Assembly: GCA_963666565.1 (NCBI GenBank)
Contig: OY762911.1
Coordinates: 4,096,001-4,160,000, forward strand
Direction: 5' to 3'
DNA length: 64,000 nucleotides
DNA from: Thermoanaerobaculia bacterium
Lineage (GTDB): Bacteria; Acidobacteriota; Thermoanaerobaculia; Multivoradales; Multivoraceae
Shown here: in pieces, positions 18,680-28,023 of the stretch
Layout: each line of letters opens with the position of its first letter
Position numbering within the stretch: position 1 is the stretch's first letter
Notes under the pieces: model-generated
Databases searched by the model: none
What the model was told of the DNA's origin: nothing
Seen by the model: the letters and a program-made list of their open reading frames with translations, nothing else
Made by a program: the position numbers and the translations under genes

Positions 18680-20659
18680 CTAGCGGCGCAACCTCCGGAC
18701 GTTCGCCAGCTCCCGAACGAATCTTGGCTCGTCCGGCAACAGGTCAACTGCCTTCGCGTAGGCCTCTTCCACGTCCCGAAGCGGCAGCCGAAGCCAGTTG
18801 AGAGTCCGTGCCAGGTCGCGCCAGGCCCAGGCGTGGCGCGTGGAAGGCGCATCGAGCTGCAGTACCCGCTCAAGCAGGGAGCGCGCCTCTGTGAGGAACC
18901 GGCGATCCGAACTGCGACGGCCTCTTCGATGCGCGGCCTGGGCCAACCGAATCTTCGTCTGTGCGAACTCGTGCAATGCGCGCGCATCACCATCGACGGC
19001 TTCGCCGGCCCGCTCGAAGTACCGATGAGCGGCCGCCGAGTCGCCGAGACGCCGCGCCAGAATGGCGGTGTCGATCGCGTCTCGTCCGGACAGCGCCGGT
19101 ATGCGCCGCTGAAGCAGGCGCCGGGCGCGGTCAGTCTCGCCGGCGTTCGCCAACACGTCGATGAGGGCGTTCGCAACGTGCGGGACCGCCGCCGCCGATC
19201 CCTCGGTCTCGAAGGTCGCCAGGACGTCCTCCGCCCGCCCGATCTCGTCACGGGCAGCGTAGGAACGGATCATCTCCGACGCGAGCACGGCCGAACCGGG
19301 ATTCGTTTGCCACGAGGTTTCGATGCGGCGAAGCGCTTCCTCGCCCTCTCCCAAGGCCCGAAGGTGCGCGGCGTCGCGCAAGGTGGACAAAGCCACGTAC
19401 TCCGGGTGGGCCGGCAGGGTAGCCTGGAAGTAGGTCCGTTGCTCGTCGAAATCGTAGCGGGGCGGCGGCGAGCCGTTGGCCTCCATCGCACGAAACACCT
19501 TTGGCAAGCCGGTGAGCCTTCCTTCGGCCAGGCCCAACTCCTTGAGAAACTCCCCGATACGGCGGTTTCGGGCCGGCGCATGCCTCAACTGAGCGCCAGC
19601 GACGAGATGCTCAGCTTCAATCCCCGGTACAGGTCCCGGGTAGCTGATCACCTCGACACGGCCCGGATAAAGATACACCTTGACCGGCTCGGGTTGATCG
19701 ACGTCGTAACCACGGTGGTACGCCGCGTTGACTAACGTCTCCCGAAGGGCCGGCGAAGGATAGCTCACCCAGCCCCGAACCCGACTTCGGTCGCGCTGCT
19801 TCTGCAGGTGCGAAACGGACAGACTCTCCAGGTAGTTCAGGCAGTTGCGAAGCTGGTCGAGAAGTCCGCCGCGGAACACACGCTCCTCCTGCACGTCGCC
19901 CCAACTGTCCGCTGCGAACTGAACGACCTCGATCGTCGCCCCGCGGAACCACCGGGTGGGATCGGCAGCAAACAAGAGCAGGCCGGCGTTCTTCGGCACT
20001 TCGTGATCGTTGGCCTTGGCAGTGATACGCATCCGCCGGTAGATCTCCCTTTCGTTGGGCTCCCGCAGCAGACCGCTGCGAACGTCTCGCAGGAACTCGC
20101 GGACCTTGACTTCGCGAATGTCTTCGACTTCCGCGCCGCGAGCCGCGCGGTCGTCCCACGGCACCCGGTTGGTCTGCTCGATGAGCGCCCGGAGCATGTC
20201 GCCTCGCTGCTCGGCGTCCACGGTCTCGGCCCCTAGCCGAATCCAGTAGCGCCCGCGGCGACTGTCGTCCGAAGGCGCTCGATGCGGTCGCATGTCACTT
20301 GCCGGCACCCATAAGACGAGGACGAGGCGCCCCTCCACCGTCTCCGGCGACATGATGGGGCGGGTGTACGGCGGATCGAGCCGACTGCAGTTGCCACGAA
20401 TCCACTTCTGCGCGGCCTCCACACGCTCGGCCGGCAAGCCCTTCGGCGGGAGGACGGCCCGGCCGTCCTGCTCCCCGACGCCGATGACGATGTAGCCGCC
20501 GTTCAGGTTGTGGAAGTCGTTCGCAAATGCGCAGATCGTCCGCAGCACCTGCGGTCCGGTGGTCTCGGAGTGCCAGGACGCCTTGAACTCCACGCGCTCG
20601 GACTCCACGCTCCGGCAATGGAGGAGGTCGTCGACATTGATAGGGAGGATGGTGCTCAC
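18680..20659 (-). CDS. Schlafen/AlbA_2 + HATPase_c_4 (RecG-C-like) protein with C-terminal TPR-like helices
   Basis: ERVEFKAS, ICAFAND..GGYIVIGV, ALRETLVNA.YHRGY and RNRRIGEFLKELGL.EG..TG motifs; helical C-terminus; GTG start 20659 inferred. Confidence 0.8.
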   Translation of the reverse strand: MSTILPINVDDLLHCRSVESERVEFKASWHSETTGPQVLRTICAFANDFHNLNGGYIVIGVGEQDGRAVLPPKGLPAERVEAAQKWIRGNCSRLDPPYTRPIMSPETVEGRLVLVLWVPASDMRPHRAPSDDSRRGRYWIRLGAETVDAEQRGDMLRALIEQTNRVPWDDRAARGAEVEDIREVKVREFLRDVRSGLLREPNEREIYRRMRITAKANDHEVPKNAGLLLFAADPTRWFRGATIEVVQFAADSWGDVQEERVFRGGLLDQLRNCLNYLESLSVSHLQKQRDRSRVRGWVSYPSPALRETLVNAAYHRGYDVDQPEPVKVYLYPGRVEVISYPGPVPGIEAEHLVAGAQLRHAPARNRRIGEFLKELGLAEGRLTGLPKVFRAMEANGSPPPRYDFDEQRTYFQATLPAHPEYVALSTLRDAAHLRALGEGEEALRRIETSWQTNPGSAVLASEMIRSYAARDEIGRAEDVLATFETEGSAAAVPHVANALIDVLANAGETDRARRLLQRRIPALSGRDAIDTAILARRLGDSAAAHRYFERAGEAVDGDARALHEFAQTKIRLAQAAHRRGRRSSDRRFLTEARSLLERVLQLDAPSTRHAWAWRDLARTLNWLRLPLRDVEEAYAKAVDLLPDEPRFVRELANVRRLRR

Positions 20660-20840
20660 AGTCTCGTCTCGCAGTCCAGGTCGTACCCGGTTGAGCAGCG
20701 CCACACCTCGGCGGCACTTCAGCCCACTTCGGTCGAGTCTAGCCGCGCTTCCCGGCCGCCCGACTTCGGGAGAAGGGACCGGGAAAGGTGGTACCGTGCG
20801 GCCAAGCCCATCTACTTCCTGCCACGAGAGGAACGCCCCT

Positions 20841-21836
20841 TTGACCGACACGACTGTTGGCATCAGCGGCTTCGGCGGCTACGTACCGGAGCACGTGATG
20901 ACGAACGAGGACTGGACGAAGTACGTCGACACGTCCGACGAGTGGATCGTCGAACGCACCGGCATTCACCGCCGCCGCGTCGCCGCCGAGAACGAATCCA
21001 CCGCCGACCTGGCAACGGCCGCCGCCAGATCGGCCCTCGAGAGCCGCGGTATCGGCCCGGAAGAGATCGACGAGATCATCGTCGCCACGGACACGCCGGA
21101 GGTCTACACCCCGGACACGGCCTCCTTCGTCCAGCGCAAGCTCGGCGCACGCGAAGTCCCCTCCTACGACCTTGGCGGCAGCGGCTGCGCCGGCTTCGTC
21201 CAGGCGATGGACGTCGCCCGCTCGCGGGTGCTGACCGGCACTCGCCGGGTGCTCGTCATCGGCGTCGAGCTGATCACGCGTCTGGTGAGCTGGAAGATCC
21301 GGGAGACGTGCGTGCTGTTCGGCGACGCCGCGGCCGGCGTGATCGTCGAGCGCGGACCGCAGAAGGCCGAGATCCTCGGCGCCAGGACCGGCACCGACGG
21401 CAGCCAGTGGAGCATTCTGACCCTGGAGATCGGCGGCACCCGCAAGCCGTTCAGCCTCGAGTACGCCCAGAAGGAAGAGCACCTGAAGCTGATCATGGAA
21501 GGCCGGGCGGTGTTCCGCCACGCCGTCCATCGCATGTCGGAGGTCGGCCTCGACGTGCTGGAAACGGTGGGCGCGAAGCTCGAAGACGTGGCCATGATCG
21601 TGCCCCACCAGGCGAACCTGCGCATCGTCCAGGCGGTCGCGAAGAACCTGTCCGTGCCGATGGAGAAGGTGTACACGAACCTCCAGGAGTACGGGAACAC
21701 GGGCTCGGCGTCGGTGCCCTTGGCGCTTTGGGAAGCGCACAGCAAGGGCCGCATCTCGCCGGGCGACCTGGTGCTGCTGACCTCCTTCGGTGCCGGCTTC
21801 CACTGGGGCGCGGCGCTGTTGCGGTTTACCGGCTGA
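20841..21836 (+). CDS. fabH: 3-oxoacyl-ACP synthase III
   Basis: TSDEWIVERTGI, catalytic GC, LFGDAA, PHQANLRI and GNTGSAS; TTG start after GAGAGG. Confidence 0.88.
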   Translation: MTDTTVGISGFGGYVPEHVMTNEDWTKYVDTSDEWIVERTGIHRRRVAAENESTADLATAAARSALESRGIGPEEIDEIIVATDTPEVYTPDTASFVQRKLGAREVPSYDLGGSGCAGFVQAMDVARSRVLTGTRRVLVIGVELITRLVSWKIRETCVLFGDAAAGVIVERGPQKAEILGARTGTDGSQWSILTLEIGGTRKPFSLEYAQKEEHLKLIMEGRAVFRHAVHRMSEVGLDVLETVGAKLEDVAMIVPHQANLRIVQAVAKNLSVPMEKVYTNLQEYGNTGSASVPLALWEAHSKGRISPGDLVLLTSFGAGFHWGAALLRFTG

Positions 21837-21875
21837 CCGTCTATCCCTCGTTCACGCCGGCCGGGAGTACGCGCC

Positions 21876-22139
21876 ATGTCCGCCATGTACGACCCGCCCC
21901 ACCCCGGTGAGCTTCTCCGGGATGCGATCGAAGCCAAGGGCTGGACCGTCTCGGACGCCGCTTCCCGGCTGGGAGTGGCCCGCAACACCCTGTCGCGCGT
22001 CCTCAACGGAAGGGCGGGCATCTCGCCCCGCTTGGCGCTCGCCCTGGAGCGCCTCGGCTGGAGCGATGCCGGGCATTGGGTGCGGATGCAAGGCTCCTAC
22101 GATCTGGCGAAAGCCCGCCAAGCCGAGTCCGCAGCGTGA
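21876..22139 (+). CDS. higA: HigA-family addiction module antidote
   Basis: PPHPGELL..HTH..ISPRLALAL..W.RMQ..YDL signature. Confidence 0.85.
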   Translation: MSAMYDPPHPGELLRDAIEAKGWTVSDAASRLGVARNTLSRVLNGRAGISPRLALALERLGWSDAGHWVRMQGSYDLAKARQAESAA

Positions 22140-22168
22140 CCGAGCACAGCCCAAGCGTCGCCGAAACC

Positions 22169-22471
22169 ATGGGCGACATCACGCCCATCGAATGGACGGA
22201 CGCCACCTGGAACCCCGGCATCTTGGTGCAACGAGCCACGGAGTCAGGTCGACCGGTGCTACTAATGTCCCGAGGTCGGGGGTTCGCCGTCCTTCAATCC
22301 CTTGCCCAGTACGAGGCAGCGCGGGCCGAACTCTCCTTCCTTCGCGCCGTGGTCAAAGGGCTGGCAAACGCCGAGGAAGGCCAGGAACTCACGCTGGCCG
22401 AAGTCAAAGCGAGATTCGGACCGAAGTCGTTACCGGCACCGCCACCTAGATCAAAACCGCCGACGCCTTAG
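22169..22471 (+). pseudogene. Chimeric remnant: DUF5131/Gp37Gp68-like N-terminus fused to an N-truncated Phd antitoxin
   Basis: TPIEWTDATWNP followed abruptly by ESGRPVLLMSRGRGFAVLQSLAQYE. Confidence 0.6.
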
Positions 22472-22508
22472 CCACCTAAGGGTCGGAGTCCTCAGAGTAC
22501 CTCTCGAC

Positions 22509-23849
22509 GGCGCTTCAGGGTTGTGTGTGGGCACGGAGTGACTCGGGCGCCATGTCGAGTCCGCCGAGATTGAAGTAGATGGCGAGCCGGAAGTGCTTTC
22601 GATTTCGATAGCCATGCGCTCTTCGCTTGATCTTCTCGATCGTCGCGTTGATCCCCTCGGCGTTGGCGCTGGAGATGCCGAACACGGCGGCGTCGATGAC
22701 GGCGTCCCAGTGGTTCCTGACCGTCCTGGCCACCTTCCTGATCGGTTCCAGCCTGCTGCGAATCGCCCAGTTGTACCAGCGCGTCCAGCGTCGCTCGGCC
22801 CACCCGCGGCGCGGGTAGCCCCACGAGTCCCGCGCCATCTCCTTGATCGTCCAGGCCCGGGCCACGCGAAGGTGACTCGCGCGAAGAGCGGCGAAGCGCC
22901 GCTGCTGCGAGCGGGTCATTTCGCCCACTCCCCATCAGCCACAGGTACCGGCTCCGCTTCAGCCCCGGATCCCCTGCTTCGAGCAACGCCCGCTGCTCGG
23001 CGCGCCGAACCAGGTCCACAGCGTGGTTCAGGTGCGCGACGATGTGGAGTCGGTCATGAACGATGTCCGCGTCCGTGCACTCCTCCACGGAAGAGATGTA
23101 GGCCGGCCACATGTCCATCGCCACTTGCTCGATGCCCGCGCAGTTCGTTTCGCCCAGCTCCTCGAAGTAGCCGTCGATGGCCGACCGGCCGCGACCGTCG
23201 GTCACATGGGTCACCACGCCGCGCTCCAGATCGTTGACCACCGTCACGTACTCGTGGCGCCTCCGAAACGACGTCTCGTCCACGCCCAGCAACCGCGGCG
23301 GCGCCAGCCGGCGCCTCGCTAGGCCACGCTCCACGGCCCGACGCTGGGATCCCCGCCGTCTCATCCCAACTCAAGCCCATGCGGCGAGCCACGGCCTGAA
23401 CGCTCGCCTCCCGCAACCACTCGATGACCTCCGCCTCGAACAGCGCCGTGAACAGCGAACCCTCGTCCGCCTAGAGCACCTTCAACTGGTGAACGCCATG
23501 CTCCGCGCAGCGCACCCAAGGCACCTCGGCGTGAACCCGGGTCTGGTGCTGCATCGTGCCCAAATGACGCCAGCGGCGATGCCCGCTGTCGTAGCCCGGA
23601 CACGCCACGCCGCACTCGGGACACCGGGTCTCCCCACGATGCTCGACGTGGATCTCCACCGTCCCGCCCACCACCGGACCGCGCCGCCGCGGATGCGGCT
23701 CGTCCATCCGAAGCACCACCTCCCGCACCCGCCAAGGCGGGTTGATCCCCAACAACCTCTCGAACGTCCTGGCACTCTTCATCCCGCCAGTCTAAGGCCG
23801 ATGGGCGACCGTCCACGCCGCTCTTGCCCCCACGACATCCTGAAGACCC
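22509..23849 (-). mobile_element. Decayed ISL3-family insertion sequence
   Basis: Imperfect terminal IRs GGCGCTTCAGG / GGGTCTTCAGG enclose transposase fragments; no target-site duplication visible. Confidence 0.8.
22515..23782 (-). pseudogene. ISL3 transposase pseudogene (one premature stop, two frameshifts)
   Basis: Zn finger CPECG..RWRH..C..HG; TAG at 23471; GVDETSF, MDMW..Y, DRLH and EGINATIEKIKRRAHGYRN lie in different frames. Confidence 0.88.
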
Positions 23850-24001
23850 CCGTATCCTCCGCAGTTCCTTCACGGCGTTGGCGCGCTGAGCGGCGCTAGG
23901 AAGGCGCAGGAACTAGGCTAGACGGCGGAAGGACCGGTAGTAGAACCGCCGCAAGCAGGATCGCGGCAGCAGCCGTGCACGGAGCTGCTACAGGCAGGTG
24001 C

Positions 24002-24457
24002 CTAGGCATTCCCAAGTCTCCACCAACCTACGACCTTCGCTCCGTCTCGCGGGTCTGATTCGTCGCGGATGACGCCGCCGACGATGGCGGCGACGTGTCC
24101 GTTGTTTCGATACTGAATCCGAACAATGCAGTCACTAGGCGGACAATCGACGGACGAACACCGCCACTCAAGACCCAACTCCCCATAGAGGCAGTCCGCA
24201 AGTTCAGAGCTGTAGCCCGGCTGCTCACGGTCGAGGCTGCGTCCGTCGCAACGGTTGTAGGCGTAGTCGTGTATCTCTCGGGAGCAGATTCGTCCGTTGA
24301 GCGCTCGCTGCCAGACAGACGACTCGCGGACCAAGGGACCGGCGTTCGACTCAGTGAAGAAAACCGCCGCTGCCAGCGCGGCACAGCTCGAGGGTTCAGG
24401 GACGTCGCAGACCTTGCGGAACTCGAGATGGGCGAACTTCGTCGGCGCGGGTTTCAA
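24002..24457 (-). CDS. Hypothetical Cys-rich protein, possible papain-like Cys-His-Asp fold
   Basis: TTG start overlapping the upstream TGA (TTGA); SSCAALA and GHVAAIVGGVIRD motifs. Confidence 0.4.
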   Translation of the reverse strand: MKPAPTKFAHLEFRKVCDVPEPSSCAALAAAVFFTESNAGPLVRESSVWQRALNGRICSREIHDYAYNRCDGRSLDREQPGYSSELADCLYGELGLEWRCSSVDCPPSDCIVRIQYRNNGHVAAIVGGVIRDESDPRDGAKVVGWWRLGNA

Positions 24458-24654
24458 TCGTCTGCCCCTACTGTCTTCGTCTTGTCCCAATCCTTCAGAC
24501 CGTACCAGAGCAAGAGGTGAAGCGGGACCGTGAGAAGCCAGCCGATACCGAAGGTGAACAGCAGCGCGAGGACGTGCAGCGAGAAGCAGCACCAGTGAAG
24601 CGCCACCATCGAGAGGCAGCCGCAACCCGAACCCGGCTCGTTGGCGTCCGTCAT
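24454..24654 (-). CDS. Small (66 aa) membrane protein
   Basis: Hydrophobic LHVLALLFTFGIGWLLTVPLHLLLW; TAGACT -10-like box 6 nt before ATG. Confidence 0.55.
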   Translation of the reverse strand: MTDANEPGSGCGCLSMVALHWCCFSLHVLALLFTFGIGWLLTVPLHLLLWYGLKDWDKTKTVGADD

Positions 24655-24740
24655 GCCGGCAGTCTAGCACGGGACCTGTTTTCGTGAAGTTGACGGCGGG
24701 AGGATCTGACGTAGCTTCAACGAGTCGTTCAACTGTCACT

Positions 24741-25616
24741 CTAGACAGCACTTTGGTAGCTGGGCGGTCCGAGGCACGCGTAGAACCAGACGGCGGTGCG
24801 CCAGTCGAATGCGCTGCCGCGCGGCGGCGCGTGCCGCGACCACAGCACCCAGGCGGAGAAGACGCCGTAGAAGAGCGCCTGCACGAGTGTCGAGTGGAAG
24901 AAACTCGTCCCCTTCTCGCCTTCGAAACGCACTCCGAGCGCTTCCTCCAGCGCGGAGCGAACGGATTGAAGCGACGGCGAATCGCCTTGCCCCTCGACCC
25001 GCGCCAGACCGTCGCGGGCGTAAGACGCCAGCAACCAGGCCAGGTCCTTCGGATCGGTCAACGCCGCTTCGTGCGACAGGGCACGGGCAAGGTACTCGCC
25101 CAGGCCCGTCCCGAGGTCCCGCGCCGATGCCCGCGGCGTCTCCAGGAGCCGGTCGAACCCCGCCTCGCTGGCGGCCAGCCGGAAGGCCTCCAGCCTCACT
25201 TCGTCGCCTGCCGAGTTCCGGCCCACGAGCTCGAACTCCCGCAGGTTGGTCGCCAGGACCAGGCGATAGCGAGACCAGTAGCGGTTCACCTGCTCATGCA
25301 CTTCACTCGTACCGAGGGCCGTCTTGGCCGACTTCACCTCCACGACCCCGCGTTCAGGAACCTGCCCCTCGCGCGGCTCGCCCTTCCGAACCTGCTTCGC
25401 CGCGTAGAGCCCCATGTCGGGATGGCCCGCGCCCTGATCCGCGAGCTCGACGACGCAGAACACCTTTCGGCTGAGCGACCCGCCGATGGCGTTCAGCAGG
25501 TTGGCGAGCGGGGCATAGCTTGAGCGCTCGCCAGTTGCACCGCCGGATGCGCGAAGACGCCGCAGGTCGGTGAAGTACGCCTCGACCGCCGCAGTCAGCT
25601 TCTTGGCCGCGATCAC
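24741..25616 (-). pseudogene. Truncated type ISP/IIG-like restriction-modification enzyme (N-terminal nuclease region only)
   Basis: ERSSYAPL.NLL, GHPDMGL..GVVEVK, Q..RY..LATNLREF, FFHSTLVQ.LFYG; ends shortly after FDWRTAVW without MTase motifs. Confidence 0.7.
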
Positions 25617-25643
25617 GCCGCAACCCTACTCGTTGTCAGCGCA

Positions 25644-25910
25644 GCACTTGCACGGAACTGGCCGCGTCGGATGCGGTGCCGGCCTTCGGCCGGCGCTTGT
25701 TTCTGGCCGCCTTCGGCGGCAGCGGACCAGAAGGTCCGCGCACCCAGAGAACGGCCTTGCCCGGTGGGAGAATCTCTACTGCAAGCCCATTGCTCGAAGT
25801 GACGCCACGTCCTCCGCATGTACAGAAGTGGCCGCACCGATACGGTTCTCTGGGTGCGCGGACCTTCTGGTCCGCTTCCGGAAGAACGGCCGCCGCGAAG
25901 CGGCGACCAC
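25644..25910. repeat. Composite family-2 REP element, internal cassette in orientation A
   Basis: GCGGACCAGAAGGTCCGCGCACCC (25722-25745) and its inverse (25852-25875) around a 106-bp spacer; flanks shared with the 33.5 kb and 63 kb copies. Confidence 0.85.
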
Positions 25911-26031
25911 ACCGAGAGAACGGACGTCGGCGTGGCGACGCACTCTACCGCAGCCTGGTTGTTCCACGCGCGACAGCGCAGCGGACCGGTGCGAACAACT
26001 CGGCGCGAGCCGAGTTCATCCCGGGACCGCG

Positions 26032-26286
26032 CTACTGGATCGCCGGCTCTCCCGAAGAGCGAGGCGGATCGGCCTCCGCCAACGATCTGACCTCGAAGTC
26101 AAGAACGGCCTTGACGCTTGGCGCCGCCACGCCCGGGAACCAGTCCAGGAACTGCTCCACCGACGCGCCGTCCCGGATGTTCTCGAACAGAGTGGCGACG
26201 GGAACGCGCGTCCCCCGAAACACCCAGGCGCCGCTGAGCTTGTCGGGATGCCGTTCTACTGCGGAACACCTGCGCCGATCCGTCAT
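26032..26286 (-). CDS. DUF433 domain protein (antitoxin-like)
   Basis: VERHPDKLSGAWVFRGTRVPV..LFE....G..V.QFL..FP motif. Confidence 0.85.
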   Translation of the reverse strand: MTDRRRCSAVERHPDKLSGAWVFRGTRVPVATLFENIRDGASVEQFLDWFPGVAAPSVKAVLDFEVRSLAEADPPRSSGEPAIQ

Positions 26287-26354
26287 TCCGTTTCCCCGCG
26301 TCTCGGCGTTACCGTGGCCGACGCGACGATACCAGCCCTTCAGAGGACATCGCC

Positions 26355-27770
26355 TCACCCGAAGATCAGGTTCCAGATCGTGAACAGCGTGAACGACACG
26401 TAAACCGCCGACGCGATCACCATCATCACGACGTTGAGCGGCTTCGGCCGGGCGGACTTCGGCAGCTTGGTCAGGTTGACGTAGAGCGTCAGCGGCACGT
26501 AGATCGCCATCGCGAAGCCGCCCAGCAACGCGGAGTTGAAGATGAAGCCGAGCGCGGAGACGCCGGAGAGTTCGAAGAACGCCGTCGAGGCGGTGCCGGC
26601 GACCATGAACATGATCGCGAAGGTCAGGTACCACTGGCTCTGGGTCCGCTTCTTGCCGAACTTGAACATGGAGCCCAGCAGATAGGACCAGGTGCGGGCG
26701 CCGCCGTCGACGGCGCCGAGCTGGGAGCTGAACAGCGCCGCCATGCCGATCAGCAGGAACACGTAGCGGCCGAAGGTGCCGAGGCTCGATTCCAGGATGA
26801 TCGACATGTCCCAGACGATCTGTCCCTCCTCGGGCACGATCCCGGCGGGCCGCAGGACGGTCAGCGCGCCGAACATGAACAGGAACATGGTGAACGTGTT
26901 GCCGAGCCAGAAGAAGACGACCTGGTCCTGGATCACGAAGCGCATCCAGCGCCGGAACCGGCTCGCGTTCTCGGGCGTCTCGCGGTAGCGGTAGCCGGTC
27001 TGGATCTCGGCCGTCCTGTTCATGCGGAGCGGGTTGGCCAGCACCGGGATGCGCCCGCCCATGCCGACGTTCTTGTCGCGCAGGTAGAAGGCGTACCAGA
27101 GGTTGCCGGCGCCGCCGATGCCCGCGAAGACGACCGCGCCGAAGAAGCGGGCGAAGGTGAACTGGTCGTCGAGTTCGATGTGGCCAATGTTGACCAGCCC
27201 CCGGCCCATCTCCTTGATCGCGTCCCAGGTGCCGACGGAGAACGCGACGTAGATCAGCCCGACCGTGATGACCAGCACCATGATCCCGATCGCCCGCTCG
27301 ACCGCCCGGTACATCTCCTTCGGCCCGAACAGGATGAGCGCGATCAGGCCGAACGTCACCGCGGTCCAGAACCACTCCGGGCCCGGTCCGTCCGGCCCGA
27401 AGAAGAGCGCCTTGAGCGCGGCGCCCGACATCCGCGCCCAGCCCGGCAGGAACAGCCCGACGAAGCCGAGCGACAGGAACGCGTAGATGACCCCCATCGA
27501 CATGCGCGCGTAGGAGGTGTACGGGTGCTCGCCGGTGACCACCGCCCAGCGGCCGATCTCGATGTTGATCCAGAGCTGGAGGAAGACGCCGAGGGCCGCG
27601 GCCCAGATCATCACCGCGCCGAACTTGGCCGTCACCCAGGGCCAGACGGCGAGCTCGCCGGCGCCGACGGCGAGGCCGATCATGATCGCGCCCGGCCCGG
27701 CGAGCTGCCAGAAAGACAGCTTGCGATCCGGGAGGTTCTCCTCGCGCAGCGGCGGAATGGGTACCGGCAT
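26355..27770 (-). CDS. Nramp-like (YcsG-type) membrane transporter
   Basis: GPGAIMIGLAVGAGEL..WP, EIGRW...TGE, AGIGGAGNLWY; many TM helices; GGAGGAG RBS. Confidence 0.75.
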   Translation of the reverse strand: MPVPIPPLREENLPDRKLSFWQLAGPGAIMIGLAVGAGELAVWPWVTAKFGAVMIWAAALGVFLQLWINIEIGRWAVVTGEHPYTSYARMSMGVIYAFLSLGFVGLFLPGWARMSGAALKALFFGPDGPGPEWFWTAVTFGLIALILFGPKEMYRAVERAIGIMVLVITVGLIYVAFSVGTWDAIKEMGRGLVNIGHIELDDQFTFARFFGAVVFAGIGGAGNLWYAFYLRDKNVGMGGRIPVLANPLRMNRTAEIQTGYRYRETPENASRFRRWMRFVIQDQVVFFWLGNTFTMFLFMFGALTVLRPAGIVPEEGQIVWDMSIILESSLGTFGRYVFLLIGMAALFSSQLGAVDGGARTWSYLLGSMFKFGKKRTQSQWYLTFAIMFMVAGTASTAFFELSGVSALGFIFNSALLGGFAMAIYVPLTLYVNLTKLPKSARPKPLNVVMMVIASAVYVSFTLFTIWNLIFG

Positions 27771-28023
27771 ATGGCGCTCTCCTCCAGCCGGCACGGGCCG
27801 AGCCGCCCGCCAGCTCTCGCGGTTCCATGGAATGACGGAGTCGCGGGCACTGTAGCAGCGCGGGACGTGGGCGCCGCGCCGCCGGGCGCCGACGCGCGGG
27901 CAACTCGCCCCGGGTCGGGCGTTCCCCGCCGCCCTACGGCCCGCAGTTGCCGGTGAGGCGCTACCATTCGGACGCTCGTCCTGTTCCAGCCCGCCTGCCG
28001 ATCGCCCTCGATAGGAGAGACCG

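Noticed and set aside
23471-23473. TAG in the ISL3 transposase as pyrrolysine/readthrough, or its frameshifts as programmed
   Set aside because: A stop plus two separate frameshifts, with no slippery A-run noticed, indicates ordinary decay.
22501-23858. Target-site duplication around the ISL3
   Set aside because: The flanks (CTCTCGAC versus CCGTATCC) do not match.
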